A model generated the notes under the pieces. The model made no database searches. It was not told the origin of the DNA and saw only the letters and a list, made by a program, of their open reading frames with translations. DNA of 64,000 nt from Mycobacteriales bacterium (GTDB taxonomy: Bacteria > Actinomycetota > Actinomycetes > JAFAQI01), in the NCBI GenBank assembly GCA_035550655.1, contig DASZOU010000022.1, forward strand, positions 31,096 to 95,095, given 5' to 3'. Of the stretch, positions 56,523-64,000 are shown piece by piece; position 1 is the first letter of the stretch, and each line of letters starts with the position of its first letter. A program made the position numbers and the translations under genes.

Positions 56523-57869
56523 ATGAGACGTGTCGCGGCCTTCATCGCCAGCCTCGTCGTCTCGTGCCTGATCATCGCAATCGGGGTCGGACGCGGGGCG
56601 CCGTCAGCGGCAGTCGCGAGCACGACCAGCCCGTTCACGGCGTACATCGATGTCGGCGACAACACCGGACTTGCGGCGCTCGGGCAGCGCATCGGCACCC
56701 CAATCAGCTACGCCTATGACTACTTCGACGACCGCTCGTGGGCGAACATCGACGACACGTGGAACATGAACAACTGGGCCGGTACCGGCTATCGCATGAT
56801 CTGGGGCGTACCGATGCTGCCGCTGTCGGGCGCGACGCTTTCAATCGGTGCGACCGGCGCGTACGACCAGTACTACGTGACTGTCGCGAAAGACCTCGTC
56901 GCGCACGGTATGGGCAACTCGATCCTGCGGCTCGGCTGGGAGTTCAACCAGAAGTCCTACCCGTGGTACGCCGCCGGGCAGGCCCCGGCGTTCGTCGCCT
57001 ACTGGCGACACATCGTGACCGCGATGCGCTCGGTGTCGGGGGCAGCCTTCACCTTCGAGTGGAACCCATCGCTCGGCGACAACGGCGGCGGCGATGCAGC
57101 GATGGGCAACTTCACGAGCTACTACCCGGGCGACGCGTACGTCGATGTCGTCGCGCTCGACGTGTACGACATCGCGTGGAACAACTACCCCGGCGAGCCG
57201 GCGCAGTTCTCCAGCTTCGAGACGAGGACGTGGGGCCTCAACTGGCTCGCGTCGTTCGCCTCGCAGCACGCGAAGTCGCTCGCGATCGCCGAGTTCGGCC
57301 TCGGCTGGGGCGGCTCTGCCGGCAACGGCCAGCCGTACTCGGGGTCCGGCACCGTCTGCGGTGGCGACAACCCACGGTTCGTCCACGACATGGCCGCATG
57401 GATGAAGCAGCACAACGCCGTCACCAGCGGCTACTGGGACAACTCCTTCTCCTCCATCGACAACGGTCAGAACCCGTTGACGGCCAGCGAGATCGCGGCC
57501 GACTTCGGTAGCGGCGCGACGCTCACACCGTCGACGTCTCCCACTCAGACGTCGACCGCCCCGACGACCACGAAGCACAAGCGGAGCCACCTGCGCCAGG
57601 CCGGGCTGACCCTCGGCCGCGTCGTTGCCTCGGCGAACGGCATCACGCTCAGCGGCCGCTTGGTCCCGGCACACTCCGGCATCAAGGTGCGCGTGGAGAC
57701 GGCGCAGTCGGCTCACGCGGCGCGTTGGGCGTCACGCGGACAGGCGGCCACCTCCGCCAACGGCCGCTTCCACACCGTCGTCGCGAACCCAGCCCATGCG
57801 CGATACGTCCGGGTCGTCGCGAAGGTCGGCCGGCACACCCGCTCCTCGCACCCCGTCATGGTCGGCTAG
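56523..57869 (+). CDS. Secreted GH26-like glycoside hydrolase (paralog of 48144-49289) with extra C-terminal domain
   Basis: Signal peptide, same catalytic regions (LRLGWEFNQKSYPWY, AIAEFG), then a ~110-aa C-terminal extension after the PT linker. Confidence 0.75.
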   Translation: MRRVAAFIASLVVSCLIIAIGVGRGAPSAAVASTTSPFTAYIDVGDNTGLAALGQRIGTPISYAYDYFDDRSWANIDDTWNMNNWAGTGYRMIWGVPMLPLSGATLSIGATGAYDQYYVTVAKDLVAHGMGNSILRLGWEFNQKSYPWYAAGQAPAFVAYWRHIVTAMRSVSGAAFTFEWNPSLGDNGGGDAAMGNFTSYYPGDAYVDVVALDVYDIAWNNYPGEPAQFSSFETRTWGLNWLASFASQHAKSLAIAEFGLGWGGSAGNGQPYSGSGTVCGGDNPRFVHDMAAWMKQHNAVTSGYWDNSFSSIDNGQNPLTASEIAADFGSGATLTPSTSPTQTSTAPTTTKHKRSHLRQAGLTLGRVVASANGITLSGRLVPAHSGIKVRVETAQSAHAARWASRGQAATSANGRFHTVVANPAHARYVRVVAKVGRHTRSSHPVMVG

Positions 57870-57888
57870 CCCTCACTACGTTGTCTGT

Positions 57889-58449
57889 GTGAGCCGCACC
57901 GACGTCCTGGTCGTCGCCGCGACCCGCGAGGAAGCGCGATACGTCCCGGACGACGTGCCGCTCCTCGTCACCGGTCTGGGCAAGGTCGCCGCAGCCGCTG
58001 CGCTGGCCGGCTGGCTGGGCGCCGCTACTCCACTGGAGCCAGGGTTCGAGGTGATCAACATCGGTACGGCGGGTGCACTGCGCGACGGCATCCACGGACT
58101 TCACCTTCCCGGACAGGTGATCAACCACGACATCTCCGCTGATCTGCTCGCGGGCATCGGCATCAAGGTGGAGGACTCACTCGTGATCGAGGGCGGGAGC
58201 GACCTCGTGCTCGCGACCGGCGACACGTTCGTCGCCGACGCGGCCACCCGCGCCGCACTCGCCGAGCGGGCAGCGCTGGTCGACATGGAGGCGTTCGCGG
58301 TGGTCTGGGCATGCCGCAAGGCCGCCGTCCGGGTGCGGGTCGTCAAGCACATCAGCGACAACGCGGACACGACCGCGCTCTCGTGGCCCGAGCTCGTCGA
58401 CGCGAGCGCCCTCGCGCTCGGGCGCTGGGTCGCCGACTACCTGGCGTGA
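57889..58449 (+). CDS. Nucleoside phosphorylase-family protein (MTA/SAH nucleosidase / futalosine hydrolase-like)
   Basis: GTG start. …LVTGLGKVAAAAALA…INIGTAGAL…DMEAFAV… PNP/UDP-1 fold motifs are present. Confidence 0.65.
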   Translation: MSRTDVLVVAATREEARYVPDDVPLLVTGLGKVAAAAALAGWLGAATPLEPGFEVINIGTAGALRDGIHGLHLPGQVINHDISADLLAGIGIKVEDSLVIEGGSDLVLATGDTFVADAATRAALAERAALVDMEAFAVVWACRKAAVRVRVVKHISDNADTTALSWPELVDASALALGRWVADYLA

Positions 58450-58589
58450 GCTCGGAGCCGGTTCGCTCGACGGAGGAGCCGACGTACGGCGCGGTGCGCT
58501 GACGCCACGCGGTCAGTCGTCCTAGGGTCGAGGTTTCTGCGTCGGCGACGCCGACCCCGCTGTCGGGCGGAGAGCCGGAAGGAGGACGA

Positions 58590-60302
58590 GTGACTGCCCA
58601 GCCGGTCGATGCGGCGCCGACGGCGCGGCCGTCTGCGGCACCGCGACTTCGGGCTTGGCAGGCGGAGGCACTCGGGCAATACCGGGAGAAGTCGCCGGCG
58701 GATTTCCTCGTCACGGCAACGCCGGGCGCCGGCAAGACCGCGTTCGCCCTGGCACTCGCCGGCGAGCTGCTCGCCAAACGGGTGGTCGACCGGGTGGTCG
58801 TCGTGGCGCCGACCGACCACCTGCGCACGCAGTGGGCATACGCCGCGGACCGTCACGGTCTGCGCCTCGACCCGACGCTCGGCAACGACGTCGGCCCGGT
58901 TCGTGCCGGCCTGCACGGCTACGTGACGACGTATGCGCAGGTTGCTGCCAAGCCGGCGATCCACGAGGCCAGAACCCGGGCGAAGCGCACGATCGTGATC
59001 CTCGACGAGATCCACCACGCCGGCGACGGGCTGTCCTGGGGTGAGGCCGTCATGACCGCCTTCGACACCGCCACGCGCCGGCTGGCGCTGACCGGGACAC
59101 CGTTCCGCACCCGTCCCGACGAGCGAATCCCCTTTGTTCGCTACGAGGTGGACAGCGACGGCGCGCTCGTCAGCATCGCCGACTACACCTACGGGTACGG
59201 CGAGGCGCTCGCCGAAGGCGTGGTTCGCCCGGTCGTGTTCGCGGCGTACACCGGGGTGTCGCGGTGGAAGAACTCCGCCGGCGACGTCATCGCGTCATCG
59301 TTGTCCGAGGCCTCGACCAAGAGCACGGAGGCGCGGGCTTGGCGAACCGCGCTCAACCCGGGCGGCAAGTGGATTCCGCACGTGATCGCGGCGATGGACG
59401 AGCGGATCACCCACCTGCGCGCGACGTCGATGCCCGACGCCGCCGGGCTCGTGCTCGCGAGCGATCAGAACGACGCCAGGGAGTACGCCGAGATCGTCAA
59501 GCGGATCACCGGGCACGCGCCCGCGCTGATCCTGTCGGACGACCCCAAGGCCAGCAAGCGGCTCGAGCGCTTCACGCACTCCGATGAGCGGTTCGCGGTG
59601 TGCGTCCGGATGATCAGCGAAGGTGTCGACATCCCGCGCGCGGCTTGCCTGGCCTGGATGACCAGCTACCGGACACCATTGTTCTTCGCCCAAGCGGTGG
59701 GCCGCGTCGTGCGGTCGCGGCGGCCCGGCGAGTCGGCCACCGTGTTCCTTCCCGCGGTACGCCCCCTGCTCGCCCTCGCCGCGGAGATCGAGCAGGCGCG
59801 CAACCACGTGATGCCGCCGCGTGCTGACAGTGGTGACGCCCACGACCTCGATCCGCTGGTCGCGGCCGACGATCGCCTGACCGGAGTCGACGGCTGGGAG
59901 GCACTGGACTCCGACGCTGCGTTCGCTCACGTGCTCGAGGGCGGCCGGGCTGTTGTCGCCAGCCCCGTCGTGCACAGCGCAGAGGAACAGGACTATCTCG
60001 GTCTGCCAGGGCTGCTTACTGCCGAGCAGACCGCCTCGCTGCTTGCCCGCCGCGACGAGGCCCACCGGCGCCGCGCCACGGGGGACGACATCGTCGGCCG
60101 GCCGCGCGACACGGCATGGCAGTCAGCCGCAGGACTTCGCAAGGAGATCCACGAGATGGTGGGCCGGCTCGCCGTGCGCAAGAACATCAGCCACGCCGCC
60201 GTCCATGCGCAGCTGCGCAAGGCGGTGCCGAGTACCGCCAAGCCCCCCGGCGAGGACGTGCTCGCCGCCCGTCGCGACTGGCTGATGGAGCAGCTCATCT
60301 GA
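58590..60302 (+). CDS. Superfamily 2 DEAD/DEAH-box-type helicase (ResIII-like N-terminus + ~200-aa C-terminal domain)
   Basis: GGAAGGAGGA Shine-Dalgarno 6 nt before GTG. Walker A TPGAGKT, DEIH (ILDEIHHAG), motif III TGTPFR, motif VI QAVGRVVR. Confidence 0.8.
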   Translation: MTAQPVDAAPTARPSAAPRLRAWQAEALGQYREKSPADFLVTATPGAGKTAFALALAGELLAKRVVDRVVVVAPTDHLRTQWAYAADRHGLRLDPTLGNDVGPVRAGLHGYVTTYAQVAAKPAIHEARTRAKRTIVILDEIHHAGDGLSWGEAVMTAFDTATRRLALTGTPFRTRPDERIPFVRYEVDSDGALVSIADYTYGYGEALAEGVVRPVVFAAYTGVSRWKNSAGDVIASSLSEASTKSTEARAWRTALNPGGKWIPHVIAAMDERITHLRATSMPDAAGLVLASDQNDAREYAEIVKRITGHAPALILSDDPKASKRLERFTHSDERFAVCVRMISEGVDIPRAACLAWMTSYRTPLFFAQAVGRVVRSRRPGESATVFLPAVRPLLALAAEIEQARNHVMPPRADSGDAHDLDPLVAADDRLTGVDGWEALDSDAAFAHVLEGGRAVVASPVVHSAEEQDYLGLPGLLTAEQTASLLARRDEAHRRRATGDDIVGRPRDTAWQSAAGLRKEIHEMVGRLAVRKNISHAAVHAQLRKAVPSTAKPPGEDVLAARRDWLMEQLI

Positions 60303-60308
60303 GGCGCG

Positions 60309-61061
60309 GTGCGCCATGATCACCCGATGAACCGGGTCAAGGCAGGCTTCTTCAGCCTCACCCCCGCCGCGCCGCCGGACGATGACGGCAGCTACCTGCG
60401 CTGGCACCTGCTCGACCACATGCCGGAGCAGTACCAGATCCCAGGAATCGTTCTCGGCTTGCGCTGGATCGCGGATGGCGACTACCCGGAGCACCGGATC
60501 ACTGCCGCCGGCGCGCTCGCCGACGTGGGTAACGCCGTCGCCTACCTGATGGCGGAACCGGTGCAGCAGACGTACGACGCCTTCATGGATCTCGGAGCGC
60601 AGCTTCGCGAGGCCGGCCGGTTCCCGGAGGTCCGGCCGTCGCTGCAGACCCGGCTCCTCGCGATCGGGCCATGCCAGGCCTCGCCGGCCGCAGCCGTATC
60701 GGGCGAGGTCATCCCCTTCCGCCCCCACCGTGGAATCGTTCTCGTCGTCGAAGGTCCCAACGACGATGCGACGGCGTGGCACGACTGGCTGGCCGTCGAG
60801 CACGAAGCGGCGCTCCTCGAGGTACCAGGGGTGGCGGGCATCTGGTCCTTCCAGTCGAACGACATCTGGAAGCTGCGGCCGACCTGTGTCGGCCCCCCGC
60901 AGCGCACCACGGTGATCTTCGTGGACGCCGACCCGATCGCGACGACCTCGGCCTTGGCGCCGATGATCGAGCAACGCTGGTCTTCGCGCGCGGTACGTCC
61001 GTTGTTCGCAGGTCCGCTGCGGACGATGGTCGACTGGGACGCCTGGCCGAGGGAGACATAG
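60309..61061 (+). CDS. Conserved hypothetical protein (250 aa)
   Basis: No motif recognised. An internal ATG at 60327 is an alternative start. Overlaps the downstream gene start by 1 nt. Confidence 0.45.
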   Translation: MRHDHPMNRVKAGFFSLTPAAPPDDDGSYLRWHLLDHMPEQYQIPGIVLGLRWIADGDYPEHRITAAGALADVGNAVAYLMAEPVQQTYDAFMDLGAQLREAGRFPEVRPSLQTRLLAIGPCQASPAAAVSGEVIPFRPHRGIVLVVEGPNDDATAWHDWLAVEHEAALLEVPGVAGIWSFQSNDIWKLRPTCVGPPQRTTVIFVDADPIATTSALAPMIEQRWSSRAVRPLFAGPLRTMVDWDAWPRET

Positions 61062-61921
61062 TGCGACTGTCGCTCGTCACGCCGGTGCTGACGATGATGC
61101 CCGGAGCACATGCCCGCTGGGAGGAGACCGGCGGAATCGACGACGTGGCGCGAATCGCGGCGGCATGCGACCGGCTCGGATTCGACCACATCACCTGCAG
61201 CGAGCACATCGGCGTACCCGACCATGAGGCCCCGCGACGAGGGGCGACCTACTGGGACCCGCTGGCCACGTTCGGCTATCTCGCGGCCCGCACCCAGCGG
61301 ATCCGGCTTGCGACCAACGTCCTCGTCCTCGGTTACCACCATCCGCTCGAGATCGCCAAGCGCTACGGCACGCTCGACGCGGTCAGCGGCGGGCGGCTGG
61401 TCCTCGGCGTCGGCGTGGGCACGTTGGTGGAGGAGTTCGAGCTGCTGGGAGCACCGTTCGAGGACCGAGGAGAGCGCGCCGACGATGCGATGCGGGCGTT
61501 GCGGGCGTCGCTCTCACGATCCAACCCGTCGTACGACGGGACGTACTACTCCTTCGGCGGCCTCGTCATCGATCCATGCGCCGTTCAGGAGAGGGTTCCG
61601 ATCTGGGTCGGCGGTCGAAGCCTCCGCTCACTACGGCGCGCCGCAGCCCTCGGCGACGGCTGGACCCCGTTCGCGGTGAGCCCAACGCAGGTTCGCGACT
61701 GGCTCGGCGAGGTGGAGCACTCCCCCGACTTCGAGGTCGTGCTCGCACCCGCCCAGCCACTCGATCCGATCGATCATCCGCAGCAGACCATTGACGAGCT
61801 GGCGGCGCTCGGCGAAGCAGGCGCGACGATCGTGAAGGCAAGCATCGTGCACCACTCGCTCGACCATTGCATCGAACAGCTCGAAGCCCTCGCCGCTCTC
61901 GCTCAGGCCGGCGTGAGGTAG
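61061..61921 (+). CDS. LLM-class F420-dependent oxidoreductase (luciferase-like monooxygenase family)
   Basis: GTG start. …LSLVTPVLTMMPGAH…IDDVARIAAACDRLGFDHI…RLVLGVGVG… is the typical TIM-barrel LLM sequence. Confidence 0.8.
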   Translation: MRLSLVTPVLTMMPGAHARWEETGGIDDVARIAAACDRLGFDHITCSEHIGVPDHEAPRRGATYWDPLATFGYLAARTQRIRLATNVLVLGYHHPLEIAKRYGTLDAVSGGRLVLGVGVGTLVEEFELLGAPFEDRGERADDAMRALRASLSRSNPSYDGTYYSFGGLVIDPCAVQERVPIWVGGRSLRSLRRAAALGDGWTPFAVSPTQVRDWLGEVEHSPDFEVVLAPAQPLDPIDHPQQTIDELAALGEAGATIVKASIVHHSLDHCIEQLEALAALAQAGVR

Positions 61922-62181
61922 CCCCGCACCTCGTACTGCTTCACGTCTGGCGATGCCAGGCCGAGCTCTCCGGCGAGTGGGCCGATCTTCTCGAGGACCA
62001 GCTCGTCGGCGGCATCGGCCGACTCATAGACGTCGACCGCAAGAACACCGTCGTCGGTCACGGCTGCCCAGTGGAAGAGCACTCCTGGCGCCGAGTGGCC
62101 GCCGAAGCCCATGAGCTCGATCAGCTTGTCGTACTGCTCGCCGGTCCAACCCGGCCCGTGGAACTCCCGTGCAATCACCAT
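61903..62181 (-). CDS. Hypothetical small protein (92 aa)
   Basis: Clean ORF divergent from padR. No motif recognised. Confidence 0.4.
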   Translation of the reverse strand: MVIAREFHGPGWTGEQYDKLIELMGFGGHSAPGVLFHWAAVTDDGVLAVDVYESADAADELVLEKIGPLAGELGLASPDVKQYEVRGYLTPA

Positions 62182-62248
62182 GACACGCCCCTCCCCTGAA
62201 CGATTCCGAGATCCGTAGTTTTACTCCACTCAGGAGTAAGTTGGCAAG

Positions 62249-62872
62249 ATGCGGCGGACCGGCACCACTGCACATGCGCTGCTCGGCCTACTCGCGCTGC
62301 GGCCGGCCTGGTCGACGTACGAGCTCAACCAGCAGATGCAGCGCAACCTGCGCTTCTTCTGGCCTCGTGCGGAGAGCCGCATCTATGCCGACGCGCTCGC
62401 CCTCGTCGAGCGCGGTTGGGCGGCGACGAAGACCGAGCAAACCGGTCGCCGCACCCGCACGATCTACCGCATCAGCCGCCGCGGCCGGGCGGCACTCAGC
62501 GACTGGCTCGCGACCCCGCCGCGCGCGACCGCACTCGAGTGCGAGGCCCTGCTACGGGTGTTTCTGGCAGACCATGCGCCGCCCGGCGCCACCCGGGCTG
62601 CGCTCGACCAGGTGCGAGCGGACGCCGAGGCGATCCTCGCCGTGGGCAGGCGGGTCAGCGAGGAGTACGCCGCCGGCACGGCGCCGTTCCAGGACCAGGT
62701 GCACATCCGCTCGATCGTGTTCGACTTCCTGAGCCACCACGCGATGATGCTGCGCGAGTGGGCCGACCGCGCGGAGGCGACCATTGCGTCGTGGGAGGGC
62801 ATGGGCGCCGAGGAGCGCGCCGTCAGAGCGATCGAAGCGATCTCGACGGTGCGGGCGAAGTACCCCGACTAA
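62249..62872 (+). CDS. PadR-family transcriptional regulator
   Basis: ALLGLLALRPAWSTYELNQQMQRNLRFFWPRAESRIYADALALVERGW winged-helix PadR signature. Confidence 0.85.
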   Translation: MRRTGTTAHALLGLLALRPAWSTYELNQQMQRNLRFFWPRAESRIYADALALVERGWAATKTEQTGRRTRTIYRISRRGRAALSDWLATPPRATALECEALLRVFLADHAPPGATRAALDQVRADAEAILAVGRRVSEEYAAGTAPFQDQVHIRSIVFDFLSHHAMMLREWADRAEATIASWEGMGAEERAVRAIEAISTVRAKYPD

Positions 62873-64000
62873 CAACGGACGCCGGAGGTCATTCGGTTCG
62901 ACGTGGGGTTGTAGCAGGCGCCGGGCATGCCGAGCATCTGTGCCGGAACGCATCGGTTGGAGTTGAGGCAGGCGCGCGGCGCCGGGTCACCGCCGAGGAT
63001 GCGCACCGCCAGATCGGGCTCGGCGTAGAACGGACGGCCGATCCCGACCAGGTCGGCCTCGCCGGCGTCGAGGATGCCATTGACCTCGCCCGCCGTGCGG
63101 ATCCCACCCACGGCGAAGACCGGAATCGACACCTGTGACTTGACCGCAGTGAACAGCTCGCGGTTCCAGACCGGCCGGAACGGTGCACGCCTTCCCGCCC
63201 ACCAGTAGCCGAACTGCAGCGAGACCCGACGGGAACGTCGAGGAGCTGCGCGATGAAGCCGTTCGGACATCGCCTTGTTGGTTCGCAGGTTCGTGGGCGC
63301 GTCGCCGCGCGCGAGCGTGGTGTCGGGGAGCACCGAGACGGTCACGGGCGTCACTGCGTCGTAGCCCCACTCCTGCACCAGCCGAGCCAGCGCCACCGCC
63401 TCTTCTGCATTGGAGTGCGGAAGGCCGAGCGGTGCGACCTCCGCCGGCACCTTCACCGTGCACGCGAAGTCGGGTCCGGCACGCTCCGCCACCGACTCCC
63501 TGATGAGCCGCAGGACACGGGCGCGGTTCTCGAACGACCCACCGAACTCATCGGTGCGCCGGTTGTAGAACGGTGAGAGGAACTGGTCGAGCAACTTGGC
63601 GTTGGCCGAGCCGAGCTGCACCCCGTCATAGCCGGCCTCGCGAGCCCAGGCCGCGACCTCACCGTAGCGGGTGGCCATGTCGCGCACCTCTTGGGTCGTC
63701 ATCACGTGAATCGGAACACCGCGAAACGACGGCCGGAGGAACCACGGCAACGGCGACGCGGCGAGAACAGGAGCCTTTCGCTGCGACGCGTACGGCTCGT
63801 GCCACGCTTCGATCGCGTAGATGCCGGCGTGCCCGACCTGCAGCATGATGCTCGCACCGGCCGCGTGGACGGCCGCAACCATCGGTGCGAGGCGAAGCAC
63901 CTTGTCACGGCTGTCTATGCACGTCATCCCCGGTGACGACCGGCCCTCGGGCCAGATGCAGGACGAGCCCTGGATGATCAAGCCGACGCCGGCCTTGGCG
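62869..64000 (-). CDS. NADH:flavin oxidoreductase (Old Yellow Enzyme family), N-terminus beyond the window end
   Basis: …LIIQGSSCIWPEGR…, …FDGVQL…HGAHGYL-like (…VQLGSANAKLLDQFLSP…), …VFAVGGIRT… are OYE TIM-barrel motifs. The ORF runs to the window edge. Confidence 0.8.
   Translation of the reverse strand, partial: AKAGVGLIIQGSSCIWPEGRSSPGMTCIDSRDKVLRLAPMVAAVHAAGASIMLQVGHAGIYAIEAWHEPYASQRKAPVLAASPLPWFLRPSFRGVPIHVMTTQEVRDMATRYGEVAAWAREAGYDGVQLGSANAKLLDQFLSPFYNRRTDEFGGSFENRARVLRLIRESVAERAGPDFACTVKVPAEVAPLGLPHSNAEEAVALARLVQEWGYDAVTPVTVSVLPDTTLARGDAPTNLRTNKAMSERLHRAAPRRSRRVSLQFGYWWAGRRAPFRPVWNRELFTAVKSQVSIPVFAVGGIRTAGEVNGILDAGEADLVGIGRPFYAEPDLAVRILGGDPAPRACLNSNRCVPAQMLGMPGACYNPTSNRMTSGVRC

Noticed and set aside
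56075-56698. 207-aa minus-strand ORF spanning the GMC oxidoreductase end and the GH26-like gene start
   Set aside because: Overlaps two well-supported plus-strand genes and the candidate operator, with no motif. Likely spurious.
1-64000. CRISPR arrays, tRNA/rRNA genes, IS elements/transposases
   Set aside because: No regularly spaced direct repeats, no tRNA-like cloverleaf segments other than the tmRNA, and no transposase or integrase motifs seen in any frame.

Overview
This is a high-GC (~70%+) actinobacterial chromosomal window with mycobacteria-like synteny, tightly packed with genes that often overlap by 1-4 nt (ATGA/GTGA translational coupling). The left end carries cysO(partial)-mec-DUF2017-clpS, divergent from pncB-pncA (NAD salvage), then fadD-like, aldose epimerase, YqgE, a P450, an F420-type nitroreductase, MarR, MscS, an acyl-CoA oxidase, RarD, and a CFA-synthase/DUF1295/kinase/methyltransferase block. 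The centre holds the conserved prfB-ftsE-ftsX-S41 peptidase-smpB ... ssrA (tmRNA) backbone. Here smpB and ssrA are pulled about 3.5 kb apart by a RicR/CsoR-type metal operon (YHS-fused permease plus csoR, with a TACCC-N5-GGGTA operator) and a REP13E12-family DUF222/HNH gene whose promoter carries a perfect actinobacterial SOS box. A lone HNH endonuclease sits at the tmRNA 3-prime side. Upstream of prfB, on the same strand, lies a complete tad/Flp pilus locus (tadA-B-C, flp-like, three TadE-like). It continues without a break into the finding I rate most interesting: a licD-family transferase, a fused LicC-like cytidylyltransferase + CobD/HisC-like PLP enzyme, and a SAM methyltransferase. This looks like a self-contained aminoalcohol-phosphate (phosphoethanolamine/phosphocholine-type) glycan-decoration module. 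Divergent from it is a ~17 kb cell-envelope glycan cluster with four GT2 genes, a flippase, two FemAB/CelD-like acyltransferases, membrane proteins, AKR, GMC oxidoreductase and three paralogous secreted GH26-like hydrolases, two of them ~85% identical direct repeats. The right end has a nucleosidase, an SF2 helicase, an F420 LLM oxidoreductase, PadR and a truncated OYE reductase. There is no rRNA, tRNA, CRISPR, integrase or IS. Many long six-frame ORFs are antisense GC artefacts and are listed under rejected.
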